NCBI GenBank assembly: GCA_964036045.1
Contig: OZ038378.1
Location: 199,516,001-199,580,000, forward strand
Length of the DNA: 64,000 bases
From: Eutreptiella sp. 'Long Island Sound 2002'
Taxonomy: Eukaryota > Protista > Euglenida
Direction: 5' to 3'
The notes under the pieces were generated by a model, which was given only the letters and a program-made list of their open reading frames with translations, was not told the origin of the DNA and did not search any database. The translations under genes were made by a program, and so were the position numbers. Position 1 is the first letter of the stretch, and every line of letters starts with the position of its first letter. Below are positions 1-13,061 of this stretch, one piece after another.

Positions 1-488
1 GACCGCAGTAAACTGGAACACTGAAGCAGGCCGCAAGCAGGTCATAAAGCGCTCCACACCTGCACGTCCTGGTAGGCACATGCAGCAATGGTCGGGAGTT
101 CAATCAGATCACCCTTGTGTTCATGGTACCACTCTATCCCTTTTCTATGTAGGCCTTGAAGGGGGAATGTTTGCCCGGCGCGCGCCCAGCGCGCTACTGT
201 TCTATTAACTATCCCGACTTCAGCCCCAGATTTACCCTCTCATTGAGAAGCCCCCCAAATAGACCACGTTGCACTACAAACCTTCCCTACAAAGCACGTT
301 GCAAAATAAAGCAATATCTGTGAATTCAGCAACTCTGACTGTCATCTGTATTGTACTTAACAAACAACATTGGTCCCACAATAAATTCAGTACAATAGTG
401 CTCCTTACACTCATCACAAACCGCGACGGTGGAACGCTTCTGGCAACACAACACACAGACTTCTGCCTCATCCTCTGCCTCATCTTGC

Positions 489-780
489 GTGCCACAACCG
501 AGCAAACAGCTGCTCAATGCGTGCCCTATACCACCCGTGCACGTCATTGTAACATTGTTGGCGGGCTGTCAAAGTGCCATTCTTTCTTCCAATGAATGGC
601 ACAATGACATGAATCCAGCCTTTATAAGCACCATCATGCCCCCAACTTCGAAATCAAAGAAATCACCTCGGGTATGAAAAGGTCCATACCCATCCCAAAT
701 CAAAACATCTGCTGATGTCCCGGGGACCAAGGGGCACATCCATATAATGTTGCCCAACATATCAACGGCAACAGTCCACC
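489..780 (-). mobile_element. PIF/Harbinger (IS5-like, DDE_Tnp_4-type) transposase fragment, frameshifted near 640
   Basis: Minus strand reads WTVAVDMLGNIIWMCPLVPGTSADVLIWD. After a 1-nt frameshift it reads DGAYKGWIHVIVPFIGRKNGTLTARQQCYNDVHGWYRARIEQLFARLWH, matching the GsxxD / DxxY / N..H...R..IE..F pattern of this family. Confidence 0.7.
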
Positions 781-1909
781 GGTGGGGCAGAGGTCACAAA
801 AGATGCCCGGCGCGCGACCGGCACGCTAACGCTCCCCCTAAGATGTCAACACAAAATTGTGTCTGCATGCTACTCACAGTAACGTGCTCTCCGGTTATGA
901 CGGTCTGTCTGGGCACTGTGCATGAAGCTGACACCAAACGATCAAGTGCTGCCAACTGATCAAAGCAACCTTCGAGGAGGTGTTAGGAGGTAAGGCAGAG
1001 AGGTTGAGGGCAAGAGAGGCCACAGGGCCCAAGCCGGACTCGCTGCACTATACCTTGAGGAACTAACTTCCGTGCTTGGTGTTTGAACAACCAGGCGTGA
1101 CCACGCTGGGGGGGTGTCCATTGGGTGTAAACCCAAGTCCACTGCTTGCACTGAAGCAAGGTGGGGGAGTGAACAGCGTGGGGTGAACCATACCTGGGAA
1201 TGTGCAAAGTGTGACATTGAAACCAATGCTCTGCATCGTTCACTCTGTGGGGTCCCATGCACCCAACGACACAGAGAGGCACCCGCAGAGCATAGAGGAG
1301 ACAGTCGCACAAACACACATGCACTGTACATAGGGAGATATATACTCTGTAACATAGTGCATTCCATGGGGGAGGGGAGGGTACAGCTCAGAGATGACAC
1401 CAAATGTGGTCCAAACCTCCTGAACACTTTGGACCTCCAGGGAGGGGGGGGGCGGTTGGTGTCAGGGTCTGACCCAGGCATCCCCCCCCCACAGGGTGCA
1501 TTCCTGAGCCCGAGAAACCGGGCGGCGTGCATGGCCAGCAGCGTCTGCTGGTCACGCCCACTGGAGGGGGCGGCTTAGGTCGAAATTTGCAGTGCATACC
1601 CTCAACCCCACGGCCATGTGCTGCAGTCACAGGCGCCAGGTGCTTCCCCAAGGAAGGCAAAGAACTGGGGTGGACACGCGGCCTGCGTGGCTGCTGCTGT
1701 GCCGGGTTGAGAGCGGCCTGTCAGAGGTTGTTTTTGGCAGATGCAAATGGAACTCAGCACTCCACGCCATGGGGGGTCGTGGCGGCAAGGGGAACACGCC
1801 GGGTGCGCATGGCCTGCCGGCTTGAGGATCGACCGCACATGCGGTCTCCCGGAGGACAGGCAGTGCTGGGTCCTGCTGCCGCATCACCATTTCCGGAGAC
1901 GCGCGTGTA

Positions 1910-2427
1910 CCCCCCCCCTTGTCTAAGCTACGCAAAGGCACGGAATTAATACGGCCCCTACGCCTACTGTAGCTTAGACACAGCCGTACCTTGCACGCGG
2001 CACATACAACTACCGGCATGGTGAGCTGATGCAAGAAAGGGGAAGATAATGCACAAATATCTCCAAAATCAGAGCTCTGTGGTTTCAAGTGGGCAAACAA
2101 TCACAACAAATGTGTTGATGACCCCATGTAATTGGCAGATTTGTCACCAAAACCATGTCTTATGCGGTTGCACTACATTTCGTACCAAATTAAAATAGGT
2201 ACAGAATGAATCTGGTCCCTATGCCCGCTGTAGCTTAGCCATAATCCGACGATGGCCGTCACCCCCCGTATCGCACCGGCAGGAGATCACTGTTCTCGTG
2301 TCCAGCACACGCGGCGGAGCCGCGGCCACAAATCGTCCATAAGCGGCGAAGCCGCGCTCCTGAGTCCAGAAAGGCGGCGAAGCTGTAGCCCGCTGTAGCT
2401 TAGACAAGGCTGTAGCTTACACAAGGG
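1910..2427. mobile_element. MITE with terminal inverted repeats and TA flanks (Tc1/mariner-like)
   Basis: Left end TA|C9-TTGTCTAAGCTAC; right end GTAGCTTACACAAGGG|TA. Extra internal copies of GTAGCTTAG(A/C)C occur near 1969, 2229 and 2395. Confidence 0.6.
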
Positions 2428-2939
2428 TACACCGCGGGGCGAGCACTAGTGAAGCGACTGTAACACGAAGCCAAACAAGGCCTGGCAATGCGAGTCCTTC
2501 CCACTCAACCAGTGCCTCGAAATACGATTCCAGACCAAGTCTAGGCGACATTTCACCAGGACTGCGGAGGCGCAGGATGCACCTGAACCGCGACATGCCC
2601 CAGGGGACCTCCGGTCACAGAAAGCTCTCAGCCCAACATGGGGCTGTTATGGCACCCGCAACTCAAGGGGGCCTGTGTCTGGCGGCGTTGTAAAGGCACC
2701 GATGGGTGTGGTAAGACGTGCCGTGTTGGCCGACGGTGCTGTGCTGCGCTGTGGACATGGATCCACTTGAGCTGCCATGAAGGGGAAGGGAGGGAAAAAT
2801 GGACTGCAAAGCCAGAGGACCGACCAGGCTCGGTGCAAAAAGACAAACTGCTGCTCTCACACCTTTGCTAGAAACTGTCTCCTTTGGAACGACCAACTTC
2901 TGATCGGGGTGCACGTGCCAGTGGGTCCCACCGGGTGGA

Positions 2940-5300
2940 TGAGCCCTGGCTGGGCCACTTTGCGGTGTGCCTGACACGTGTGCAAATCCTCTGCGGTGCA
3001 CATTTCCATGCCAGACACCAGTGGCACCCCTGAGTCAGAGTGTGATGAATGGACTGGTGCAAATTGACCCAGGAGAACTCGCAAAGGTCGTACTATACTG
3101 GGGTGGCGAGTGGCAGTGATGATGGTGCGTGGAAGCAATGGCGAGGAGGATGGCTGCCGGCGCACCAACAACCCCCAATCAGCAGGGGGAACAGGGAGAG
3201 GGGGACCTGCAGTCAGCCTCACGGTGACGGGAAAACTATGTTATGGGGATATGTAGGACTACTCTGTGCTATGTTTAGCGCAAAAAATGGCCATTTCTAG
3301 CACTCTGGTGAGGATGTTACCAGCAGTGCCGAGATACCCTATTTCTAGCTGTTCCTAGGCCTTGGTTGGGCCTCACACCCGCAATCCAAACTTGTTCTAA
3401 AGCATGGAGCACCCATATCCCATCCAACAGCCCACCCGGTAGTGGTTGGGTCGGGGGGGGGGGGGGTATAATCGCCACAAAGACAGAAAACATTCACACT
3501 TGGCACAAACAAAGTATACACTCGGGACACACACACCAGACCAGCTGTCTACTTTGCGCCGGATTATCCAGCGCAAATCCAGCGTCACCCTTCCCCAACA
3601 AGCCCACTGTGGAAAACGATCCCTGTCCATTCCCAAATGTCCGGTACCCTTGCCAGTGTAGTGAACAACATCAGTCAATGCGTACAAAAAATTTTGGAAA
3701 TCTCTGGTCCTCTATTTCAATCCAAGGGCCTCTTTGGCATGATGTACCAACTAGTGGTTCAGCAGTGGTTCGTACATTGGGCAGCAGCTGACCCAGAGAA
3801 AATGACTGTGGAGGGGCCATGTGTATAGTTGAGCAACATGCACACATTCACCTCGAACTGCATGGTCTGCGGCTGCCAATGCTGTCTCCATGTCCTACAG
3901 AGAACACAGTGTCAGTTGACACCGCGTCTCATCTCTATGATGTGCATGCATGCACTGAAAACACCAGCAGAGTTCATTAACAGCACGGTGACACTGACGC
4001 TGACAGGTGCAAAAAATGATGTCATTGGGAAATGAACCGAGCCCCCTGCAATTGAAAGACCAGCACTTAATCCACTACACTACACTATCCAGCTGGTAAT
4101 CCCTGTGCAACAGAGCATTCTTACCCTGACGTGAGTTCACAAAAAACTGCAAATCCAGCGCAAATCCAGCGCAGCATTTTTGAAATCCAGCGTAATCCAG
4201 CGTCAACTGCCCAAAAATCCACCGCAAAGTAGACAGCTGCACCAGACACTTGGGATACGCGAAGTGAACAAGTTGGGACACAGAAACTCAACAACCTGGA
4301 CACAACCTACACAAAATGGGAATCATACTGTTTGCCCCGGTGACCGGGTGGGGTTACGGGGAGATTAGGAAATCCCACCCGTATTTTGAGGGTGGGGAAG
4401 TCGACATTTGCTTTGGATGGCACTGTGAGCAGTGGCAGACACGCTGTGTGCATGCACATGCACACATGCAGGTGGGCGGACGGGCATGTGGGCTGCATAC
4501 ACAGCAGCCTAGAAGGAGCCCACTGGAGTTCAGCAGGGCCGCATGTTGCGAGACTCATGCAACTGCAGTGCCCTGGCTGGGCCACTTTGCGGTGTGTCTG
4601 ACACGTGTGCAAATCCTCTGCGGTGCACGTTTCCATGCCAGACACCAGTGGCACCCCTGAGTCAGAGTGTGATGAATGGACTGGTGCAAATTGACCCAGG
4701 AGAACTCGCAAAGGTCGTACTATACTGTGGTCCATGAAAAAGGGTGGCAGGTGGCATTGTTGATGGTTTGTGGAACCAATGGCGAGGAGGATGGCTGCCG
4801 GCGCACCAACAACCCCCAATCAGCAGGGGGAACAGGGAGAGGGGGACCTGCAGTCAGCCTCACGGTGACGAGAATACTATGTTATGGGGATATGTAGGAC
4901 TACTCTGTACTATGTTTAGCGCAAAAAATGGCCATTTCTAGCACTCTGGTGAGGATGTTACCAGCAGTGCCGAGATACCCTATTTTTAACTGTTCCTGGG
5001 CCTTGGTTGGGCCTCACACCCGCAATCCAAAATTGTCCTAAAGCATGGGGCACCCCTATCCCATCCAACAGCCCACCCGGTAGTGGCTTGGGGGAGACTA
5101 GGAAACCCCACCACTACTTTGAGGGTGGGGAAGTCAACATTTGCTCTGGATGGCACTGTGAGCAGTGGCAGACACGCTGTATGCATGCACATGCACACAT
5201 GCAGGTGGGCGGGCGGTCATGTGGGCTGCATGCACAGAAGCCCGGAAGGAGCCCAGAGGAGTCCAGCATGGCCGCATGTTGCGGAACTCATGCAACTGCG
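2940..5300. repeat. About 740-bp tandem unit (2+ copies) interrupted by an insertion of about 900 bp
   Basis: 2945-3100 matches 4571-4727; 3130-3445 matches 4773-5090; 4355-4570 matches 5095-5300. The blocks are near-identical by eye. Confidence 0.85.
3465..4330. mobile_element. Putative foldback/MITE-like insertion inside the tandem unit
   Basis: Absent at the equivalent junction of the other unit copy (about 5090). It carries a perfect 17-bp inverted repeat CAGCTGTCTACTTTGCG (3542-3558 / 4223-4239) and clustered AATCCAGCG subterminal motifs. Confidence 0.5.
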
Positions 5301-6300
5301 GTGCAGGAATCCCAGAAGATTGTTTGTGCGGGGCACGCACGAGCCGTTTTAGGGGCACAGGAGCCATGGATGCCGCATGGGCTGTACGGTGGGCACATGG
5401 CTGTGTGAGTGGCAAAAGCGTTGCATGTGTAATGGATTATGTGAGCCATGTGTTGCGCACGAGTCACAAACGGCAAAACGGTCATGTACAAGGCAAAACA
5501 GGCCATGGAAGGGAGGCACTCTGACTTTTGGATGCATCATTTTGCCACACACACTGCATTACACTCTTGCGCTTGGCCCCAATATGTCCAAACAAGGGTA
5601 AAAGGACCGAAAATGGAAGCAGCACCCCATGAGCTTGGACACGCTGTTGTTTGCGCACAGTACAAGAGCACACGGGCTGGCTTTGTGTCTGTCTTTGGAC
5701 TATGGGGCAACCAGGGAGGAATCAGATGAAACGACTCCCTCATCAAACGATACGTGCGTCCAAATCAACCATCATCATGCAAAACAACATCAATAGCTCC
5801 AATATCCACCGTGGCCTAGAAAGAGGGACCGTCAATTTCATGGTTCCAAAAAGATGCGGAAGCAACAAACCACGATGTTCAGACAAGCCATTGTCTGGAT
5901 GGGAGGAAAAGCTGGATAGCTGGCAAGTTCCAATCGATTGAAACCGGCATTGAACCAATGGCATCTCACAGCGAATAATTTCGGCTGGTGGTAAAATCTA
6001 CATCGCAAGACGTTGAAGCCAGGTAACAGTTGGCCGGCAACGGTCACACTAAAGCTGATGCATCATTGAAGGATAGCCACCGCTGGCAGCAAAATGGTGG
6101 CCACTGACTACTGTCAGTTGGCTGGTCATCACTGGCCCCAGTGGCAACTGCCAGCAAAAAAGGCCTGTCGTGAAAAAACAAAAGGCAACTGCCCATGCTG
6201 ATGGGTTGGCTCTATGCTGTGCGGTTGTAGAAGCTTGCCGCACAAAGGAGTGCTAGAAGACAAGTGCGCTAGGCATACAAGCCACACAGCATCTGAGTAC

Positions 6301-6912
6301 CTAGGCCCCCTGGTGCTTGCGCACTGGGGCCTTGCTCATGGGGCAGTGCGCATACTTCTTAGTCTGCACCTTAGTCTGCTGTCGCCATCCAATGCCACAT
6401 ACAAGACAAACAAAATACGAGTGCCCACGCTTGCCGCGTAGCCGTTCCCACCACTGGCGGTGGGCACACCTGCCATGTGGAGCCACGGGAAACTTGCCAA
6501 CAAGTTCAGAAGCCGCAGCAGATTCAGTGGACACCGTTGCCATGTCCGTCGTTGTGTCATCGCCCAGACTGTCGTCATCGCTTTGGCTGGTGCTGCGGCC
6601 GTTGCTGTTGCTGTTGCTCACAATGTCGACACTGCTCCTACGGTCTGAAATCGATTCCCAGACCTCTTCCCATGTCTGATCTGCACTAGGCGGCAGCGTG
6701 TAAGGATCATGGCAGAGCCCTTCGGACACAGAAGATCGGTGTTGCAGTCCTGCTGGGCTTTGGTATTGGGAGGCATACCCAGTCTTGTACTCAGTGTTGT
6801 ACTGAGCGGTGTACTCAGTGGTGTACTGCACACTGTAGCATCTGTACTCTGCAGCCCGTGTGTAGGGGGGCAGCTGGGTGTTGTAGCCGGCTGTATCGGT
6901 GTGATGTGTCAT
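6301..6912 (-). CDS. Unknown protein (about 203 aa): low-complexity Tyr/Thr and Ser/Asp N-terminal half, C-terminal Cys/His zinc-ribbon-like motif
   Basis: Open frame from MTHHTD to a TAG stop, with motif CAHRQWWERLRGKRGHSYFVCLVCGIGWRQ. A pyrimidine tract and TTTCAG lie about 45 nt upstream of the ATG (possible acceptor). Confidence 0.7.
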   Translation of the reverse strand: MTHHTDTAGYNTQLPPYTRAAEYRCYSVQYTTEYTAQYNTEYKTGYASQYQSPAGLQHRSSVSEGLCHDPYTLPPSADQTWEEVWESISDRRSSVDIVSNSNSNGRSTSQSDDDSLGDDTTTDMATVSTESAAASELVGKFPVAPHGRCAHRQWWERLRGKRGHSYFVCLVCGIGWRQQTKVQTKKYAHCPMSKAPVRKHQGA

Positions 6913-7759
6913 TTTGGGAAGGTTTACGAACAGAGATCGAAAAAAATAGACACTCTGAAAGTGACACGAAACAGAATCTCTGAGGTAAAAGATCCCCAAA
7001 GGCTGCATATTTGATGATGACCATCCAACATGGCTCCCTGACCACTCACCTTCCCCAGCCCGCCACAAAATAGCCATGGTTCATTCATCCATGTGGCCAG
7101 CTGGCCCAGGGGTGCATCCCTAGTTACACAAGCAATATTCCCCGCAACTGGCTGACAAAAGTAAATCTTACCTCTCTATTCCAAGCCCTTCTACCCGTTT
7201 GGCCAGTATCCCACCCCCAAAAGAAAGGCATGCCCCAGATAAGCCCAGGGTACGGCCAAACGCCAACACCTTACAGATGCCACACTCACTATGGTACGCC
7301 AATCCCTTAGCCTATTGCCTACGTGTATCGTTGAATATCAAATTTTTCCGAATTGAAAGAACATTCAACAGTCTGTCAAAAATATTTTGCGTTGCAGGGC
7401 ACACTGCTGAAAAGGTTGGACCCAATGTGCAAACCTTTCCTGGGTGTTTGTCATCATGGACAATCCAAAACAGGTCTTCTTTCACTCGCATTCTCTTTGG
7501 GGACACAAGGTATAGGCACAGCACCCCGATGCGCAAGAAACATGCGAGCAGAAGTGCGGTGAAGTGCAGTTGCTGGACAGTTGAGATAAGAGTCCAGCCC
7601 ATCAGAAATGTGGTAAAATAATATGACAGAAAAGTTGATAATGGGGTTTGAGGCAATAATTTTTTTTAACTTGAATCAAATATTACACCAAGTGTTCGCT
7701 GTACATGCACAAAGTAGTTCATATGGCCGCCAACAGGCCTAGTTAGGGCCAGAGCCTAA

Positions 7760-8250
7760 TTATGAGCTTAGACACCCGCTGGCAGGGCACCCCTACGAAC
7801 AGCGCGATGGGCATCAGGCCCGCGCACCGCAGGCATGCCGGCTCGTGTGTCGGTGGGCCAGCTGCAGTCACTCTACTGCCTCCGAGACCCAGGCGCGCCA
7901 CTCTGTGCGGACTGCTTCCCATGATGGGCAGTCCCAGAGCACATGTGCCTCATCCTCATGCGAGGAGCCGCAGTCAGGGCAGCTCAACGTGACCCGCATG
8001 TTGTGCCCGTGCACGTGGGCCGCCCTCCACAGCACCCCGACCAGCAGGCCCTGCAAGAGGGAGGCCTCCAGCTCTGTGGCTGCTACGCGGAGTGCTCTCC
8101 AGCAAGCATCCCCATCGACCCCGTCTCCGGCCCACCATAGGTCACTGGGCGGCGGGCCTCCAGGCCTCGCATGGCTTGGCAGCACAAGCTGTCCCACACC
8201 GGCAGATCTAGCACGGGCTCCCGCACCAGGTGCATGGTTCAGTTTGGCCT
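7760..8250 (-). mobile_element. Non-LTR retrotransposon (LINE) 3' remnant with C-terminal zinc knuckle
   Basis: ORF 7868-8197 contains CPDCGSSHEDEAHVLWDCPSW (CX2CX8HX4C), typical of the LINE ORF2 C-terminus. The frame breaks downstream. Confidence 0.75.
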
Positions 8251-8299
8251 AGCACCGCCCAAGACCACCAGCCTTCCAGTGGCTGCTAGCCTAGCTGAA

Positions 8300-8830
8300 A
8301 AACACATAAAGAGGGTCTGAAACATGCTTTACAAAGGATATTCGATCATTGTGAATGGTCAGCACATCAAGAGAATCGTTTTCAAAAGTTTCCATTTTTC
8401 AGCTGCCAAAAGGGGAAAACTGCATTAGTTGTTGTGCGACAGCCCCTTGCCCCCGTCCAACAGGTTGTGTCCCGGCCCGTTTGAAGCTGCCACAACCCCT
8501 CCAACACCCAAATAGGGTGAAAAACACATGACAAGGATCTAAAACATGCTTTACATGAGATATTTGATCATTGTACATGATTAGAATTAAAAAAAAATCG
8601 GTTTCAGATAATTCCATTTTTGAGCTGCCGAGGGGTGGAAAACTGCATTAGTTGTTGTGCCCCAGCCCCTTGCCCCCATCCAAACACCCAAATAGGGTGA
8701 AGGACACATAAAGAGGGTCTAAAACATGCTGTACACAGGATATTTGATTGTTGTGAATGGTCAGAAAATTAAAAAAAATGGAATGTGAATTTCTGTTTTT
8801 GAGCTTTAGAGGGTGGAAAACTGCATGGGC
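8300..8830. repeat. Degenerate tandem repeat, about 180-220 bp, 2-3 copies
   Basis: ACACAT(A)AAGAGGGTCT(G/A)AAACATGC recurs at about 8300, 8521 and 8703. AAAACTGCATTAGTTGTTGTGC recurs at about 8416 and 8640. Confidence 0.75.
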
Positions 8831-9559
8831 AGGTTTTGCGCACGCCAGGGGCCACTGAACCACCTACAAACAGCAATTTTGAGGCTTTTGGGGCCCATGG
8901 CCTGGGGTACATGGGCCCAACGGCCAATACGTGGGTCCCTATGGGTGGTCAAATACCCATATTGTCACCAAATGACCACCCAAACCCATCCCAGGGGCGA
9001 CAAGAGGGTTTCGGAAAAAAACGAATTTTGAAATTTTTTCAGGTGCCACTAAATAGCGGATCCAGCGCAAAAACAGCTAAGTTCTCAGCGGCAAGAGCCC
9101 ATAGGGGGGGCTGACCGGGGGTGCCCGGGGTTTGGACCCGGGACCTCCGCCATGGGTTAGGGGGTCCATATACAAGAAAAAATTGTTCAGGACCCAGGTC
9201 CAAATCCACACACAGCTGCAATGTGCAAAAAAAATTTGACCCCCTCCACACACACACCCCAAAAATGGGGCACCCGGGTATGGGGGGGGGGGGGGTAGGA
9301 GGGTCAAAATCCAAAAAAAATTCATTGGGGCATCATTGTCTATCCCAAAATGATGATGTTACAAGGGGTTAGACGTCTCATACCATATCTTGGGGCATGC
9401 TACGTGAACGACCCTCAAAAGGGGGGGGGGGGGTATACGATGCCCACACCTGTGCGTGATCTAACAACCTCTCTTTGAGGTGATTTTTGTCTGTGGGATT
9501 CAGCTTCACCCGTGGGCAGCGGAGTTTGCCATACCATGCGGGAACCGATTTGCTGTCAC

Positions 9560-9990
9560 AAACCTGACCTAGACATGTGTTCTCGGTACTTGGGATCCTG
9601 ACACTTGGGATCCTGACCTGGATATGTCTCCTAGGCATTTGGGATACCGACCTGGACGTTTGTCGCAGACACCCATTTTTCGTAGACCACTAGCATCATG
9701 ACCTGGATGTGTGTGCTAGACTTGGGATCGTGACCTAGACATAGACTCTGGGGATCCCAACCGAGACATGTGTCCAATACACTTGGGAAACTGGCCAAGC
9801 CATGCATGCTTGGCGTATGGGATCATGACCTAGACATGTGTCATAGTCACTTGGCATCAGGACATGTGTTCTAGGCTCTCGGGGGCCTAACCCAGACATG
9901 TTCTGTAGACACTCGGGGTCCTGACCGAGATGGGTGTCCCAGACAGCTTCCAGGTGACCTGGATCTGGGTCCCAAGGCCCAAACACACCC
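9560..9990. repeat. Degenerate minisatellite (GGGATCCTGACCTAGACATGTGT-like units)
   Basis: GACCT(A/G)GA(C/T)ATGTG and CTTGGGAT motifs recur throughout. Confidence 0.7.
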
Positions 9991-10119
9991 TCCTTTTGGT
10001 TGCTGTGTAGTTAGAGCCATGTGGAAACCCAAAATATCCCTCAATTTTCGAAACAAAATTCATCCCCCGGTCTGTACATGGTCCTTGAGCAATAGTATGC
10101 CAGCTGCCGTCATTACTCT

Positions 10120-10375
10120 GGTGGTGTTTGCACTGGGTTATGGTTCAATTCACACTGTAAAACATTTTGTTGGCTGTCTTGCAGTAGTCAATCTGATGAG
10201 AAAATTGTTTTTTCATGCACAAACAAAGCCTGCCTGAAGAAGACGAATGCACACAGGCTTTGATGGGAAAATTGTTTGCACTGGGTTATGGTTCAATTCA
10301 CACTGTAAAACATTTTGTTGGCTGTCTTGCAGTAGTCAATTTGATGGGAAAATTGTTTTTCCGTGCACAAACAAA
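10120..10375. repeat. Direct duplication, about 148-bp period
   Basis: TGTTTGCACTGGGTTATGGTTCAATTCACACTGTAAAACATTTTGTTGGCTGTC occurs at about 10125 and 10273. Confidence 0.85.
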
Positions 10376-12781
10376 GGCTGCCACAAGAAGACAAATGCAC
10401 AGAGGAATCCCATTGTCCCAGTAAAAATGATGCACATCTTGGAGTGACGCCTCCTGCCAGTGAAGCACGAGTCAGGTGTCCCAGAATCCCAGAAACCCAA
10501 CGAATCAGCAGAACAAATCGGCAAAATTCAGAAACCCATCACATCGGCAGAACAAATCGGCGAAGTCGGCCGAATTCGGCCGCCGATTTGGGGGGTTGCT
10601 CTCCCTTTCGGGTTATCAACTTCCATCGTAATCTCCCCGGTCAGTTACTATCCCTGAGTCGGTTGTCAGCTCGATGTTAATGGTTAGTTAGCCCAAGGTC
10701 AATGGCCAGCACAAGTTACTAGCCAGCCCTAGGTTATTGATTAGCCGAGGGTTAGGGGCCAAGGTCACTGTGTGCTTGCAAGAGGCTATCGCTCATTGAT
10801 GATGGGTTATCCCTGGCGGAGGCACGTTTGCTGTTAACATATTTCCCTCTACCACTCAACAAGGTCCGTCCAGTCAAGAAGGTCAGACCTTTCACAAAGT
10901 ACACAATGATACAAACCTACGACTACATACGTAAAATGCGCTACACATACAGGACCTCACGGGTGGCATTGGGCGTGGTTAAACAGTAGGAGATGGCACC
11001 CTAAACCCCCCCCCATGTGCAGCAGCCCCGATGCTAAGCCTCATCCCCCCCAAAAAAAACAGCCAACCCCGGGCCCTACGCTCCCCTGCCAGCGCTCTCC
11101 ACCAGGACCCTGCCCCCTTCCCAGCGGCGCCCCTACTGCGGCCCATCTCCTTGGTGCATGGCCCCATGCCGCGCTTGGTCTTGCCTGGTGGGGGTGGGGG
11201 TGGGGATGCAGGAAGTATCACAGCTTAGGTCTTTCGGAATTAACGTCACCAGGCACTCAAACTTCTGACTGCAACAGCTCGTACATGCTTGGCAGCTTCA
11301 GCCATCCCCCATGAGGTAGAGGTTTTTCATGGAAGCCGGGCTCAAGGGCTTGTTGGAGGGTGTTTTGGACCCTGCCCCGTGTAGACTATTTGGGTCATGG
11401 CGGTGTAGGGGTCACGGAGCTAGGGAGCGGAGAGCACACGATGAGAGCTAGTATTGAATAAAGACCCTGCCAACCATTTTGGAACTCCCCAGATCATCCA
11501 AGAATGAATGACGTCTTCCAAGCCCAAATTTGACACCAGTTGGATCATGGTCCTGGCCCAAGTCCCTACCAAGCCCCACATCCCACTTTTGGCGGGCGAA
11601 ACCAGCGATTGAAAGCCGGACCACCCCACACTTGGGATGCATCAGGGTAGGTTGGCGAACGAAGTGGGTTGGCGTGCAAAGCGGGCAAGATGCAGGGCAG
11701 AGGCACGCCTCAGGCATGCAATGTTGTTTGAAAAAAAGGGGGCGCTGGATGGGTCGAGGGAAAGGAGTTCGTGCGGGGACCGAAGGAAAAGCATAGAAGC
11801 AAACCTCAGCAGCTTGCATCCCCATCACTAAGCATGTGGCCTCACAGCGGGCACAATGTGATGCAGACTGCAGTGTCTCAAAATAAAAGAGTTGATGATT
11901 AGCAAAAAAGAATCTCACTACTTGGCAACTACGGCAGGTTTCATGAGCATGGAAATGGTTCAGAAACAACCTACTTGGTGCGTCATCATGTCCGCAATTC
12001 GTCCAATGGTGACCAGGCTCAAAGATACCAAAGTAAGCAATACACACGCCCACCACCGGATTTGAGCTAAAATCTGTGATTTTGCAACACAAACCAAGCA
12101 ATGGTGCTGCAAAACCCAGCTACTATCCCCAAGCACAGTCGCCACTTCCAAGTAATCAGTCCCACTACATTGCAAAATTTAATTTAATCTAAGCACTGTG
12201 GACAAAATGAACAAGTAAATGTCAGCAACTTGCATCCCAATCATTGCACAGCCGGCACAGTGCGATGCAAAGTTTCATGCAAGCGTCCTCAACCCCTGCT
12301 CCTCTGCCAAATCCAGCATATCCTCCTTCAAAAAGGTAAACAGGCGGCAGAAAGACGGTGTTTGGCATGCAAGTTCCCATCAGCTGCACATCTCCACCTC
12401 CACATCTCCACCTTCTCCAACTCTGGGGCTCCTGGACTTTCAACCGGGCAGGTGGCCAGTAGAGCTCTCTGGCCAGACCCCACCCCAAAAGAGGTGGGCT
12501 CAGTTGACTGGTGACATGGATTGGTTGAACCACATGTACAGTGCGGTCTGGAGGAGGGCGGGGGGGGGGGGGGTTGGATTCAACCCGCTTCACGGAAGAT
12601 GGAGGGAGGAAGGTGACCCGAGTGAACGAACGCCAGCCGGGCGGCCGTCCTTCACCAGACTGCGCCTGAGCGATTCAAAGGCTCAAAGCATCCCTTGCTG
12701 TCGGCAGCACTCCAAAGCGGGAGCAGTGCACTGTGATGCTCAACCCGGATCCCCAGTTTAGCGGAGGGAATCTGGAAATGG

Positions 12782-12965
12782 TTAGTACAGCGGTACATTC
12801 CAAAAGTACTTCTTTGGTTTGTTGTAGTTCATGATGACGTCAAGACTGTACACAGACTCGATCATCGGCAGCAAGTGATGTTCCTTTGTGATGGACATGC
12901 AATTGGCCCAAAGCCCACGGTCAAAAACGCTGGACCACGCATCACCATTCAGCAGAATCAGGCTC
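12782..12965 (-). CDS. FkbM-family methyltransferase, last exon (6 of 6 found)
   Basis: Acceptor tttgtcag|G; phase-2 join CTG AG|G AGC. Reads RSLILLNGDAWSSVFDRGLWANCMSITKEH...NVPLY then TAA. Confidence 0.8.
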
Positions 12966-13061
12966 CTGACAAATGAACAAGGGGTGCCGTAGGGCATGTG
13001 CGACGGCTGATCGGGAATAGACGGGATACAGAAATATGTGGCAAAGATCTGGAACAAACGA

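Noticed and set aside
7398-7510. Plus-strand segment with a good AG acceptor and GT donor
   Set aside because: No partner exons and no recognisable protein similarity in the open frames.
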